From Clostridiales bacterium (lineage in GTDB: Bacteria; Bacillota; Clostridia; Oscillospirales; CAG-272), in contig JAILLB010000122.1 in NCBI GenBank assembly GCA_024693345.1, positions 38,523 through 102,522 of the forward strand: a stretch of DNA of 64,000 bases. The letters run 5' to 3'. Both the position numbers and the translations under genes were made by a program. The notes under the pieces were generated by a model that saw only the letters and a list, made by a program, of their open reading frames with translations, made no database searches and was not told the DNA's origin. Below, piece by piece: positions 18,551 through 28,545 of the stretch. Every line of letters begins with the position of its first letter. Position 1 is the stretch's first letter.

Positions 18551-19003
18551 TTATTTCAACAATACTTTGCTATCCATTACTATCGTAATTGGCCCATCAT
18601 TTTCGATGGAATATGCCATTTTGGCGCCAAACACACCTGTTTGAACATCACCAATGTACTTTCTTAGTTCTGATACGAAGTACTCGTACAATTGATTTGC
18701 ACGCTCTGGCTTTTCAGCATCAAGGTAATCCGGTCGATTGCCATGTTTATAATTAGCACAGAGCGAAAAATTAGAGACTACTATTGCGGATCCACTGATG
18801 TCCAGTACAGAAAGGTTCATTTTGTCATTTTCATCATTAAATATTCTCAGTTTGGATATTTTAACCGCCAATGCTTCTGCATCTTTTTCCTGATCGCCCT
18901 GAAATACTCCGAGCAAAATTGCAAGACCGGGGCCAATTTTCCCGGTCAAAACTCCATCCGATATAACTTGTGCAGAACTAACTCTCTGTAATACTGCTAC
19001 CAT
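18551..19003 (-). CDS. dtd: D-aminoacyl-tRNA deacylase
   Basis: 150 aa. MVAVLQRV start, plus SNFSL and GNRPDY motifs. Conserved position after relA. Confidence 0.93.
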   Translation of the reverse strand: MVAVLQRVSSAQVISDGVLTGKIGPGLAILLGVFQGDQEKDAEALAVKISKLRIFNDENDKMNLSVLDISGSAIVVSNFSLCANYKHGNRPDYLDAEKPERANQLYEYFVSELRKYIGDVQTGVFGAKMAYSIENDGPITIVMDSKVLLK

Positions 19004-19024
19004 AATCCTAATCCAGGCAATAAA

Positions 19025-21226
19025 TTATTTGCCGAATCCTCTCTTAACATCTATAATTCCGCTGATGTCTTTAAGCCTTGACATAATATTATTAAAATGC
19101 GATAGATTTTTGCATGTAACCGCCAAGTTTACTATTACGTTATTATTCTGAGTTTTTTGTGTAGTTATTTGAGTTATGGATACCTTCATCTCAGCCAGTG
19201 CTGTTGAAATATCAGCAAGCATGGAAAGTCTGTCCTCAACAAACAACTGCATGAAAGCCTCATAATTTGAACCGTCACTAGAATCATTGATTGACTGAGA
19301 CCAAGAAACATTAACAAATCTGTCTGGTTGATCCTTCATTAAATCCATTATATTCTGACAGTCTCTTTTATGGATTGAAATGCCGTATCCCTTTGTTATA
19401 AAGCCTAAAATATTGTCTCCGGGCAGCGGATTACAACACTTGGCAAACTTAACCTGACATCCTTCCAAGCCATCAACAATGACTCCTCTGAAGCCTTTGA
19501 GTTGTTTGCTTGGATTCACAACTGCAATTTGTGAAACAGATGTAATTATGTTCTTATCTGGTTCAACTACTTTGATGTATTCTTCTCTGAGTTTTGATGA
19601 TACCTTATCAAGTGCAATGCCACCATATCCGAGCATGCTGAATAGGTCGTCTATTGAACCCATTCCAAGCCTTGACGCAATTCCTTCCATGATGGAATTG
19701 AATTCAGCAGTGGTACATCCAAGTTGAAGTCGTCTCATTTCTGATACGACCATATTCTTACCGGTCTCAATATTTTCAGGACGCTTTTCTTTCTTAAACC
19801 ATTGTCTGATTTTTGTCTTTGCTTCACTTGTAAGCGCAATATTAAGCCAGTCTCTGCTTGGCCCTTTTGATGACGAAGATGTAATAATTTCGACAATATC
19901 ACCATTGTTAAGTTTTCTGTCAATAGGTACTATGACTCCGTTGACTTTGGCACCTATCATATGGTTTCCGACTTCGCTGTGAATCTTATATGCAAAGTCT
20001 ATGCAGTTTGCATTTTGAGGAAGCGTAATAATTGTTCCTTTAGGAGTGAAAACAAATGTCTCGTCCTGGAACAAATCTATCTTAAGAGCACCATAGAAAT
20101 CATCCGGATTTTCAGTGTTTTCTTCCTGCTCAATAAGTCTTGAAATCCACTCGAGTTTTTCATCAACAGACGGTTGAGATTGCTCGCCCGATTTATATTT
20201 CCAGTGTGCAGCGATTCCGTATTCAGCTATCTGATTCATTTCCTTTGTTCTTATTTGAACCTCAAACGGAATGCCATCTTCACCTATGACAGATGTATGA
20301 ATTGCCTGATACTTGTTAGGCTTAGGTGTAGATATATAGTCCTTTAATCTATTTGGTATAGCGTTGTACAAATCATGAATGATTCCAAGTGTCTCGTAAC
20401 AGTTGGAATTTGTCTCGACAATAATTCTGAAAGCGTAAAAGTCATATATCTCCTCAAAGCTTCTTCCCTTCACAAATATCTTGTTATACAAGCTGTATAC
20501 GGATTTAACTCTTCCCTCCAGTGTGAATTTTATGCCGTTTTTGGTCAGTTCTTTTTTGATTTCTTCTCTGATTTTTTCAAGGAATCCCATTGTCTGACCA
20601 TATTTCTGGTTTACGCTTTCGCTGACTTGCTCATATCCCTTAGGATCAAGGTAACGAAGCGATAGGTCTTCAAGTTCGGCTTTCATTCTCTGCATACCCA
20701 ACCTGTGAGCAAGCGGAGCATATACATACATTGTCTCGAGTGCTATGGCACGTCTTTTTTCTTCGGGCTGAGCGGACAATGTTCTCATATTATGAAGTCT
20801 GTCAGCGAGTTTTATCATGATAACTCTGACATCCTTTGCCATTGCAAAGAACATCTTTCTGAGACTTTCTATGTGCGTATCTTCCTGGTTTTCAGACTTA
20901 AGAACGACAAGTTTTGTCAGACCATCAACAAGCTCGGCAACATCATTGCCGAACCTAATCCTTATTTCTTCCAAACTTGTTTTATCCGGACAATCTTCCA
21001 AAGTATCGTGCAAGAATGCGGCACAGATAGAATCTGTGTCCATGCTGTATTCTGCAACGATTTCTGCGACAGCAATAGGATGAACGATGTATTCTTCACC
21101 GCTCTTCCTGTACTGACCTTTGTGAATTTCTTTGGCATATTCGTATGCTTCGCTTATTTTGTCGATATCATACTTTCTGCCGCCGTCCTCCAGAATAAAC
21201 AAAAGCTTGTCAATTCCGTTAAACAT
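19025..21226 (-). CDS. relA: Bifunctional (p)ppGpp synthetase/hydrolase (RSH long form)
   Basis: 733 aa. HD hydrolase region (RKSGEEYIVHPIAVA, HDTLED), synthetase region (YQAIHTSV), TGS (VFTPKGTIITLPQNANCIDFAYKIHSEVG) and a C-terminal ACT-like domain. Confidence 0.95.
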   Translation of the reverse strand: MFNGIDKLLFILEDGGRKYDIDKISEAYEYAKEIHKGQYRKSGEEYIVHPIAVAEIVAEYSMDTDSICAAFLHDTLEDCPDKTSLEEIRIRFGNDVAELVDGLTKLVVLKSENQEDTHIESLRKMFFAMAKDVRVIMIKLADRLHNMRTLSAQPEEKRRAIALETMYVYAPLAHRLGMQRMKAELEDLSLRYLDPKGYEQVSESVNQKYGQTMGFLEKIREEIKKELTKNGIKFTLEGRVKSVYSLYNKIFVKGRSFEEIYDFYAFRIIVETNSNCYETLGIIHDLYNAIPNRLKDYISTPKPNKYQAIHTSVIGEDGIPFEVQIRTKEMNQIAEYGIAAHWKYKSGEQSQPSVDEKLEWISRLIEQEENTENPDDFYGALKIDLFQDETFVFTPKGTIITLPQNANCIDFAYKIHSEVGNHMIGAKVNGVIVPIDRKLNNGDIVEIITSSSSKGPSRDWLNIALTSEAKTKIRQWFKKEKRPENIETGKNMVVSEMRRLQLGCTTAEFNSIMEGIASRLGMGSIDDLFSMLGYGGIALDKVSSKLREEYIKVVEPDKNIITSVSQIAVVNPSKQLKGFRGVIVDGLEGCQVKFAKCCNPLPGDNILGFITKGYGISIHKRDCQNIMDLMKDQPDRFVNVSWSQSINDSSDGSNYEAFMQLFVEDRLSMLADISTALAEMKVSITQITTQKTQNNNVIVNLAVTCKNLSHFNNIMSRLKDISGIIDVKRGFGK

Positions 21227-21266
21227 CTTATGACTCCAATTATTTTATGTTTATCTAATTTGTGAA

Positions 21267-23384
21267 CTATTGCTCAATTCTTGTGACATTGATTACGTTG
21301 TTTCCAACCATTATCGGTGTTGAATTGAGATTCGGTTTTTCTTTTACCACCAGCAATTCCACTTCATAATCAAATTCATTGATTTTTGTAAATTTGAATA
21401 CTTCTGCCTGCTGGAATGCCACCAATGCGGCACCTGTCTTGATATATGAGGTTCTGTCTGAAGTCACAATTATCTTTTTGATGGATATTCTTCCCTTTTT
21501 GTTTTTCAGTGACTCAGTCAGTTTGCAGTAAACGCTCTTGAAATCGTCAGGTGACGGGAGATATTCTTCAGAGAAATTGATTTTATTATCCATGCAGCGA
21601 TCCACTTCGCTTTGGTACTGTCTAAGATTAAACTTGAGTGAATCTGCATAGTCTATGTCTTTTATCCTTAGCTGAACAGACTTAATTCCCCTGTACTCAT
21701 TGATGTCCATATTAAAGACAATGTCGACCATGTCATTCTGAGCAAAACCTTCTTTTTGAAGATTTATGCCGAACATAACAGCGGACAGTCTGTTTGAATT
21801 GCTCTCAAGAGCAACCTTTGTGTGTTTTCCTTCGCTGAGAGGCAACAATGAAATAATCCTGCAATTCCTTATGCAGAATAACGGCTCCGGGTTTCCGCAT
21901 CCGAATGGTTCAAGAGAACTGAATGAAGAGACAATAGATTCTGTAACATCGTCAGATTTAATCTCGCAATCCGCTGTAAGACTTTCACGTGATTGTTTCT
22001 GAATTCCTTCTTTCGCAACATACTCGTTAAGCTTTTCAGCAAAATCTTCAAGTTGGTCCCTGCGAATTGTCAGACCTGCAGCCAGTTCATGTCCTCCAAA
22101 CTTCACAAGCTGTCCTTCGCAATGAGCAAGAGCATTTACCAGGTTGAATCCCTTTACACTTCTTGCAGATCCCTTTCCCTCATCATCATTTCCATCAAAT
22201 GAAATAAGGATTGCCGGTTTGTTAAACCTGTCCACGAGCCTCGAAGCAACTATACCTACGACACCATGATGCCATGTGCTGCTGGAAAGAACTATCACAC
22301 TCTTGTCTGCGAGATTGTTATCCTTTTCCATCATCTCCAGAGCTTCGACCAGGATTTTGTTTTCAGTAGCCTGTCTTTCCCTGTTTATTTCACATAGCTC
22401 CTCAGCTATTAAATCTGCCTTAGATTGTGAATCACTCAAAAACAGCTCAACAGCTTTGCTTGCATTGCTCATTCTTCCTACAGCGTTTATTTTGGGGGCT
22501 ATAGTGTAGCTGATTGTTGAAGATGTAATCTTTGTTTCTCCGTCGAGGGGCACTCTTGATGCGTTGAAAATGGCATTTATGCCCGGTTGCTTGCTGCGGG
22601 TAATCATATTCAGTCCCATGTAGACTATTATTCTGTTCTCACCCGTAAGAGGCATCACATCTGCAATTGTTCCTATAGTTACAAGGTCAATGTATCTCTT
22701 GCACATCTCCTTGATGGTATTGTTGTTAAGAACACCATTGTCAAGAAAATTCAATTCCATGGCACACATCATCTTGAATGCCACTCCAACTCCTGACAAT
22801 CCTTTGTATGGATATGAGTCGTCAAACCTTCTGGGGTTGACCACTGCGCAGGCCTGAGGAAGCTGTGCTTTGCATTCGTGGTGGTCTGTAATTACCATAT
22901 CCACTCCGCATGACTGCGCATATGCTGCTTCGTCTATTCCTGTTACACCGGTATCAACTGTAATAATGAGCTTTGTGCCATCGCTTTTAATTGCATCTAT
23001 GGCGTTGCAACTCAAACCGTAACCTTCATTGTCTCTGGTTGGAATATAGTAGCTAACAATACCGCCATGATCATTTAGATATTTATACAAGATTGAAACC
23101 GCAGTTATACCATCGACATCATAGTCACCATAGATTGTGATTTTTTCCTTTTCAGAAAGCGCCTTTTTTACCCTTGCAACTGCTTCTTTCATATCTTTCA
23201 GAAGATATGGATCGTACAGGAAAGCATCTGATTTATTCAAGAAGGATTTGGCACTGTCCAGATCCGTATAGCCCCTGTTGATGAGCAATTTGGCGCAAAT
23301 AGACGTGACATTCAAATTGGATGTCAGATTTTTTATTTCATTGCTTCTTTGGCTTAAAACCAACCATTTACTTTTGTCAAACAT
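21267..23384 (-). CDS. recJ: Single-stranded-DNA-specific exonuclease RecJ
   Basis: DHH motifs (IYGDYDVDGIT, VITDHHE) and DHHA1 GGHELAAG. Start set to MFDKSKW (ATG 23384). The tracked start at 23423 adds 13 aa. Confidence 0.92.
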   Translation of the reverse strand: MFDKSKWLVLSQRSNEIKNLTSNLNVTSICAKLLINRGYTDLDSAKSFLNKSDAFLYDPYLLKDMKEAVARVKKALSEKEKITIYGDYDVDGITAVSILYKYLNDHGGIVSYYIPTRDNEGYGLSCNAIDAIKSDGTKLIITVDTGVTGIDEAAYAQSCGVDMVITDHHECKAQLPQACAVVNPRRFDDSYPYKGLSGVGVAFKMMCAMELNFLDNGVLNNNTIKEMCKRYIDLVTIGTIADVMPLTGENRIIVYMGLNMITRSKQPGINAIFNASRVPLDGETKITSSTISYTIAPKINAVGRMSNASKAVELFLSDSQSKADLIAEELCEINRERQATENKILVEALEMMEKDNNLADKSVIVLSSSTWHHGVVGIVASRLVDRFNKPAILISFDGNDDEGKGSARSVKGFNLVNALAHCEGQLVKFGGHELAAGLTIRRDQLEDFAEKLNEYVAKEGIQKQSRESLTADCEIKSDDVTESIVSSFSSLEPFGCGNPEPLFCIRNCRIISLLPLSEGKHTKVALESNSNRLSAVMFGINLQKEGFAQNDMVDIVFNMDINEYRGIKSVQLRIKDIDYADSLKFNLRQYQSEVDRCMDNKINFSEEYLPSPDDFKSVYCKLTESLKNKKGRISIKKIIVTSDRTSYIKTGAALVAFQQAEVFKFTKINEFDYEVELLVVKEKPNLNSTPIMVGNNVINVTRIEQ

Positions 23385-23458
23385 TTTCTTAACCAACCCT
23401 CGAAAAATAAAAGACGTTAACAAACTGCAACGTCTTTACTGTAAATCTTTTGCCTGTA

Positions 23459-23665
23459 TTAACCAAGCGCTGTAGATACTACCACGTATACCCAGATGGC
23501 TATTGCAGCCAAAACCGAGAAAATGCCAATTATTATGTTGGTTTTTCTGGATGTTTTTATTGTGAAATCATCATCGGTTTTTCTAAAAGACGAACTGCTG
23601 TTTTCTTGATCTTCTTTATTGATATTCACTTCTTCATTTTCTTGTTTACTCTTGAAAATAGACAT
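23459..23665 (-). CDS. Small membrane protein (68 aa), translationally coupled to cdaA
   Basis: GAGGTG RBS 6 nt upstream of the ATG. The start is 17 nt after the cdaA stop. Polar, acidic N-part and a single C-terminal TM helix (NIIIGIFSVLAAIAIWVYVVV). Confidence 0.6.
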   Translation of the reverse strand: MSIFKSKQENEEVNINKEDQENSSSSFRKTDDDFTIKTSRKTNIIIGIFSVLAAIAIWVYVVVSTALG

Positions 23666-23681
23666 ATCAGCACCTCACCAG

Positions 23682-24530
23682 TCATTTCTGTTTGCTGTTG
23701 AAAAGTGAGTCCGGAAGAAGTTTGTTGAGTTCCTCCTCGAGATTCATCTTGTCATAGTTTCTTTTGAGTTGTCCGTCGATTGCAACCGAAATTGTTCCGG
23801 TTTCTTCGGAAACAACTATTACAACTGCGTCGCTGTTTTCGCTCATTCCAATTGCGGATCTATGTCTGGAGCCCAACTCTTTAACAATGTCTTCCTGTGT
23901 AGATATAGGGAGAAAACAACCTGCAGCATATATGCGACCGCCTCGGATGATAATGGCTCCGTCATGCATCGGTGACTTGTTAAAGAAAATACTTCTCATC
24001 AATGTTGGACTGATATCTGCGTTTACTATTGTTCCCGATTTGATTTCATCCGGAAGCTTTACACTTCTCTCGATAACAATTAATGCCCCTGTATAGCTAT
24101 TTGCCAGTTGTTCAACGCCTTCACATAGCGAAGTAATTATCGCCTGCTTTGTCTTGGAGTTTTTGGTCTCAGTGAAGTTCTTGATAAATGAAACAGCACC
24201 AAACTTTTCCAAAACAATTCTTATCTCCGGCTGGAAGATGATAATAATTGCAATAATACCGACCGAAGCAAGCGCGGACAAAACATGGCTCAGCGCCTTC
24301 ATTTGAAGCGCCTGGCTGATAATCAGGAAAGCTATGAAGATAACCACACCTAACGCAAGTTTACCAGCTCTTCTGCTTATTATGAATTTCGTCAACCAAT
24401 AAATGATAAACGCGACTATTGCAATGTCGATTATGTCGATAATAACGTGCCAACTGCTTAGTTGAGCGACGATTGCATCCCACGCCTGTTGCAAGGTTCC
24501 ATACCTCCGTTCAGAATTTGCACTTAACAT
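23682..24530 (-). CDS. cdaA: Diadenylate cyclase CdaA (c-di-AMP synthase)
   Basis: Three N-terminal TM helices and a DAC domain with the motifs MHDGAIIIRG and GSRHRSAIGMSE. The start is uncertain. ATG 24530 has no RBS, whereas in-frame TTG 24494 sits 9 nt after GGAGG and is the more likely start. Confidence 0.92.
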   Translation of the reverse strand: MLSANSERRYGTLQQAWDAIVAQLSSWHVIIDIIDIAIVAFIIYWLTKFIISRRAGKLALGVVIFIAFLIISQALQMKALSHVLSALASVGIIAIIIIFQPEIRIVLEKFGAVSFIKNFTETKNSKTKQAIITSLCEGVEQLANSYTGALIVIERSVKLPDEIKSGTIVNADISPTLMRSIFFNKSPMHDGAIIIRGGRIYAAGCFLPISTQEDIVKELGSRHRSAIGMSENSDAVVIVVSEETGTISVAIDGQLKRNYDKMNLEEELNKLLPDSLFNSKQK

Positions 24531-24574
24531 TATAATATAAATTTCTTGATAAATAAAGTAGTTTTTTAATTTTA

Positions 24575-24603
24575 TTGATATAATCGCGAACATTTGATAT
24601 AAT
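24575..24603 (+). promoter_or_regulatory. Sigma-A type promoter for ispD-ispF
   Basis: TTGATA (24575-80), 17-nt spacer, TATAAT (24598-24603), 30 nt upstream of the ispD ATG. Confidence 0.65.
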
Positions 24604-24633
24604 AACCTCATCAATTACCACGAGGCGACGTGT

Positions 24634-25392
24634 ATGAACATAAGAAAGCTGATGAAAAGCAAAGTTAAAAGCGATTCATTTGTCAACAAACACCACTTCA
24701 CTTCCTGTGTTGTTCCGGTTGCCGGAAAAAGCACAAGAACAAGCGGAGACACTCGCAAACAATTCGTTGAAGTTAATGGTATCCCCGTAATAATCCGGAC
24801 TCTAATCAGTGTAAACAAGTGCGAGTTGATAGATGAAATAATTATCGTGTGCTCCAAGAACGATTTCGAATACTACGAAAAGGCAAAGACAAATTACAGC
24901 CTAAGCAAGATATCGAAGATAGTTGAAGGCGGAGAGACAAGATTTGATTCAGTCAAAAATGGTTTTGATTCCATATCCGAAAAGGCAGAATATGTGGCAA
25001 TTCAGGATGGCGCCAGATGTCTCACAAAAATCAGTGATTACAGAAGAGTCATCAAGGCAGCATACAAATACGATGCGGCAATTGCAGTACAAAACAGCAC
25101 AGACACTCTCAAATCCATTGACAAGAACGGACAGATAGAATCAACGCTTGACAGAAATGTTGTTGTAAGAGCTCAGACTCCACAGGTATTTGAAAAGACC
25201 CTTTACACTGTTGCCGTGTATAATCCAAATTTGAACAGAGATTCAATAACAGACGACAGTTTCCTGGTAGAATCGTTGGGTCGTAAAGTCGAAGCTGTTG
25301 ACTGCGGAAGCTATAACATGAAAATTACAACTGACCTGGACTTTAAACTGGCAGAAAAAATCATTGAAAGCGGTGTGTTAGATGAAGATTAG
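24634..25392 (+). CDS. ispD: 2-C-methyl-D-erythritol 4-phosphate cytidylyltransferase
   Basis: [10 protein letters not shown]...RKQF N-terminal nucleotide-binding region and IQDGARC. Immediately followed by ispF and overlapping it. Confidence 0.88.
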   Translation: MNIRKLMKSKVKSDSFVNKHHFTSCVVPVAGKSTRTSGDTRKQFVEVNGIPVIIRTLISVNKCELIDEIIIVCSKNDFEYYEKAKTNYSLSKISKIVEGGETRFDSVKNGFDSISEKAEYVAIQDGARCLTKISDYRRVIKAAYKYDAAIAVQNSTDTLKSIDKNGQIESTLDRNVVVRAQTPQVFEKTLYTVAVYNPNLNRDSITDDSFLVESLGRKVEAVDCGSYNMKITTDLDFKLAEKIIESGVLDED

Positions 25393-25858
25393 AGTTGGAA
25401 TCGGATACGATGTACACAAACTCGTCGAAGGCAGAGACCTAATAATCGGCGAAGTTAAAATACCATATGAAAAAGGCCTTGAAGGCCATTCAGATGCAGA
25501 CGTATTGTGTCATGCAATAGCCGATGCACTTCTTGGCGCCTGCTCTCTGCCTGACATAGGAGTTCAATTTCCGGATAATGATGACAAGTATCTCGGAATG
25601 TCAGGTGATAAAATTTTGAAGCTGACAAAAGAACTAATCGAAAAAGAAGGAGCCAAAATTGTAAACATAGATTCCACAATAGTAGCTCAAGCTCCCAAAA
25701 TGGCTCCGTATATATCTCAGATGAAGAATAATATTGCAGTTTCCCTCGGACTTGATCCAAAAGAAGTCAATATCAAGGCTACCACTGAAGAAAAACTAGG
25801 TTTTACAGGCGCAGGACTTGGTATTTCCGCACAAGCGGTTTGTCTTATTGAATTCTGA
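25382..25858 (+). CDS. ispF: 2-C-methyl-D-erythritol 2,4-cyclodiphosphate synthase
   Basis: 158 aa. Motifs GIGYDVHKL and [10 protein letters not shown]. Confidence 0.95.
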   Translation: MKIRVGIGYDVHKLVEGRDLIIGEVKIPYEKGLEGHSDADVLCHAIADALLGACSLPDIGVQFPDNDDKYLGMSGDKILKLTKELIEKEGAKIVNIDSTIVAQAPKMAPYISQMKNNIAVSLGLDPKEVNIKATTEEKLGFTGAGLGISAQAVCLIEF

Positions 25859-25873
25859 ATTGCATAACAAGAA

Positions 25874-25917
25874 ACCCGATTATTTTGACTATCAATCAAA
25901 GTAATCGGGTATTTTTT
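25874..25917. terminator. Bidirectional terminator between ispF and ricT
   Basis: Stem ACCCGATTA / TAATCGGGT (19-nt loop), flanked by an A-run and a T-run (ATTTTTTTATTTTT). Confidence 0.6.
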
Positions 25918-26807
25918 TATTTTTCGTCAGGCTCTGAATCCACTTTTTTGGGAGTGCTCAAAACCTTTATTTCGTCTTTGCTGTACATCTTAAACACTTC
26001 ATCTTCATTGATTTTGAATTTAACCTTTACAACTCCTGAAAGAGGTGTCAGATCACAGACAACACCTTTTCCGTCAGGTGTCTCGACCACTGAATCAATT
26101 TTTGGCAACTTGCTCAGTGCCTCCTCGTATACTTCGTGCTCATATCTAAGGCAGCACATGAGTCTTCCGCAGGCGCCCGATATTTTCTGAGAATTCAGTG
26201 ACAGATTCTGCTCTTTTGCCATCTTAATTGAAACCTGAGCAAAATCATTGAGGAATGTCTTGCAACAGAATGGTCTTCCGCAAATTCCAAGACCGCCGAT
26301 GAGTTTAGTCTCATCTCTTATTCCTATTTGTCTGAGTTCTATTCTTGTTCTGAAGACAGCAGCCAGATCCTTAACCAGTTTTCTGAAGTCGACTCTGCCA
26401 TCAGATGTGAAATAGAACAAGAGTTTGGATTTGTCAAAAGTATATTCTGCTGCGACAAGTTTCATGTCAAGCTGATTCTCTTCAATTTTCTGAAGACAAA
26501 TGTCAAATGCCTCTTTCTCTTTCTCTTTGTTGTCAAGGTTGACTTTTTCATCATCTTCTGTCGCAACTCTTATCACTTTTTTAAGAGGCAGAACCAGTTC
26601 AGACTCTTTTACCATCTTGTTGGTAATCGTTACCGTTCCGAATTCAGGCCCGTGCATCGTATCGACTATTACACTTGCCCCTTCTGGGATAATGTTTCCA
26701 TCCGGATCAAAGAAATATGACTTTCCTGTGTCGTTGAATTTTACCCCAACAATCTCATGTAGGGTATCCAGAGAAGATAATGTCTCTTCTTGTATATTGT
26801 TGTCCAT
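25917..26807 (-). CDS. ricT: PSP1-domain protein (YaaT/RicT family)
   Basis: 296 aa. PSP1 region with the cysteine cluster GICGRPFCC...GACGRLMCCLRYE. Conserved position downstream of holB. Confidence 0.88.
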   Translation of the reverse strand: MDNNIQEETLSSLDTLHEIVGVKFNDTGKSYFFDPDGNIIPEGASVIVDTMHGPEFGTVTITNKMVKESELVLPLKKVIRVATEDDEKVNLDNKEKEKEAFDICLQKIEENQLDMKLVAAEYTFDKSKLLFYFTSDGRVDFRKLVKDLAAVFRTRIELRQIGIRDETKLIGGLGICGRPFCCKTFLNDFAQVSIKMAKEQNLSLNSQKISGACGRLMCCLRYEHEVYEEALSKLPKIDSVVETPDGKGVVCDLTPLSGVVKVKFKINEDEVFKMYSKDEIKVLSTPKKVDSEPDEK

Positions 26808-26823
26808 TGTTTGCTCCTGTATG

Positions 26824-27825
26824 TTAAGCCGCTTCCCATAAGCCTATAGAAAGAACGTTGTATGCGGCTGTTATGTTATAATTGAAAGCACTGTCTTTTT
26901 GCAGTGTTGTGATTACATTGACAGACTGTTGGATGGATTCCGTTGTCATCTGCGAAATAAATAGGTCGGACTCCTGTTTAGAGAAAAATACAGATGTATA
27001 ATCATCGGATATTTTCAGGCTCAAAAGTTCTCTGTAGGCACTAAAGAGATATGTAAGCAAAAGATTGAATTGACCTCTCTTGTCTCCCGTTCCAACAAAG
27101 CCTTTTACTTCTTTTATGATGCCTAGCAGTGTTCCTCCGACACCCTTCCTGCACTGGATATCTACAATCTTTTTTGCACAGATATATGCCTTATAGTCTT
27201 TGTCTCCATCTGACAACAGACTCTTTGCTTTGCCTATCGCTCCACCCGAAAAATTGACTGCAAATTCTCTTTGGTTATCTGTCGCTATGCCAAACAATCT
27301 GTTTTCGGTCATGTAAGACTTGATTTCATCTCTGGAAAACACTTGCATTTTTATTGTCTGAACTCTGGACCTCACAGTCGTAATCAATGCAGAGGGATTA
27401 GCTGTCAATAGCATAAAATATACATTTGCAGGCGGTTCTTCAATCACCTTCAGCAAAGAATTCTGGGCTTGGACAGTCATGCAGTCAGCTTCTTCAAAAA
27501 TGTACATTTTGAAGTCCAGTTCAAATGGTGTCATGGATGTGTCTTCGATTGTCCTTCTTATAACATCAACACCAATACTCTTTTTCCCATCTTCCCGCTT
27601 TATTGTTTTTATGTCCGGACATGTTCCATCAACTATTCTTTGCAAAAGAGATGGATCATACTTGATGGACTCACTTGATAACCTGGTTGCAATGTGTCTG
27701 CACATTGTCTTTTTGCCTGAACCTGTATGTCCGACAAGAAGATAAGCGTGAGCAAGTTTATTGGAATCAATGAGTCCTTCTATAAATCTTAAGTTTTCTG
27801 AATTTCCAAAAACCATATTTGCCAT
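26824..27825 (-). CDS. holB: DNA polymerase III delta-prime subunit
   Basis: AYLLVGHTGSGKKT Walker-like motif and the LLKVIEEPP clamp-loader motif. Confidence 0.9.
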   Translation of the reverse strand: MANMVFGNSENLRFIEGLIDSNKLAHAYLLVGHTGSGKKTMCRHIATRLSSESIKYDPSLLQRIVDGTCPDIKTIKREDGKKSIGVDVIRRTIEDTSMTPFELDFKMYIFEEADCMTVQAQNSLLKVIEEPPANVYFMLLTANPSALITTVRSRVQTIKMQVFSRDEIKSYMTENRLFGIATDNQREFAVNFSGGAIGKAKSLLSDGDKDYKAYICAKKIVDIQCRKGVGGTLLGIIKEVKGFVGTGDKRGQFNLLLTYLFSAYRELLSLKISDDYTSVFFSKQESDLFISQMTTESIQQSVNVITTLQKDSAFNYNITAAYNVLSIGLWEAA

Positions 27826-27831
27826 AACAAA

Positions 27832-28155
27832 TTAAAGGTGGATGTATTTCTCGACACCAAGTATAAAAACCGTAGCGCCACCAACATTTATAACATTTGT
27901 TCCATTGGCGAATCCAGGTGTACTTCCATTGTCGACAGGAGGCATGTTCATCTGCCTTTTCTGAGAATTTTTTCTTATAACTTCAAGTGCCTCGTCAACC
28001 TGGTTTTCTTCCAGACCTATAATGAAAGTTGAGTTCCCATTCATTAGAAAACCACCCGTAGATGAAATCTTCGTCACATGAAAACCGGCAGAAGTCAGGC
28101 TTGTGTTTACATAATGAGCATCGTCATTGTTAACAATTGCTAGTAACAGTTTCAT
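27832..28155 (-). CDS. darA: PII-like cyclic-di-AMP receptor (YaaQ/DarA, DUF970)
   Basis: 107 aa. MKLLLAIVNNDDA...STGGFL is typical of the YaaQ family. Synteny with holB-yaaT as in Bacillus. Confidence 0.85.
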   Translation of the reverse strand: MKLLLAIVNNDDAHYVNTSLTSAGFHVTKISSTGGFLMNGNSTFIIGLEENQVDEALEVIRKNSQKRQMNMPPVDNGSTPGFANGTNVINVGGATVFILGVEKYIHL

Positions 28156-28237
28156 TTGGCACCTCCAAAATCTTTATGAAATCATTATATCTTAAATTAA
28201 CATAAATGTAAATATTTTGTCTTTAATTGCGGCTGTG

Positions 28238-28265
28238 TTGACATTTGATTTTTTTATGCTATAAT
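28238..28265 (+). promoter_or_regulatory. Near-consensus sigma-A promoter of the ferredoxin gene
   Basis: TTGACA (28238-43), 16-nt spacer, extended -10 TGCTATAAT (28257-65). Confidence 0.75.
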
Positions 28266-28312
28266 GCACGTATAGATACACAGTTTGGCTGTATCGGAAC
28301 GGAGATATATTT

Positions 28313-28486
28313 ATGCCTTACAAGATTGATCCCGATAAATGCATCGGTTGCGGAACATGTGCTGACAACTGCCCGGTTGAGGCTATCGAAGAAAATGACG
28401 GAAAATACGTTATTGACCCAGATAAGTGCATCGAATGCGGTTCTTGCGCAAGTGTTTGTCCCGTAGAAGCTCCTGATCAGGAGTAA
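28313..28486 (+). CDS. fdx: 2x[4Fe-4S] clostridial-type ferredoxin (57 aa); absent from the ORF track (<60 aa)
   Basis: My translation is MPYKIDPDKCIGCGTCADNCPVEAIEENDGKYVIDPDKCIECGSCASVCPVEAPDQE. It has two CxxCxxCxxxCP motifs. GGAG RBS 8 nt upstream. Confidence 0.92.
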   Translation: MPYKIDPDKCIGCGTCADNCPVEAIEENDGKYVIDPDKCIECGSCASVCPVEAPDQE

Positions 28487-28498
28487 TTCATTTACTAC

Positions 28499-28521
28499 GC
28501 CCGCTTTTCAGCGGGCTTTTT
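28499..28521 (+). terminator. Rho-independent terminator after fdx
   Basis: Stem GCCCGC / GCGGGC, 6-nt loop, TTTTT. Lies only 25 nt before the next ATG (28546). Confidence 0.85.
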
Positions 28522-28545
28522 CTATAAAAAGACGGAGAAAGAAAG

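Noticed and set aside
24494-24533. Leaderless mRNA for cdaA, starting at ATG 24530 with an AT-rich -10-like sequence directly upstream
   Set aside because: No hexamer is correctly spaced for a TSS at the ATG. An in-frame TTG at 24494 with a GGAGG RBS explains initiation more simply.
28245-28466. Tracked 73-aa ORF overlapping the ferredoxin locus
   Set aside because: Another frame encodes a textbook 2x[4Fe-4S] ferredoxin with RBS, promoter and terminator. The 73-aa frame starts inside the promoter and has no recognisable features.
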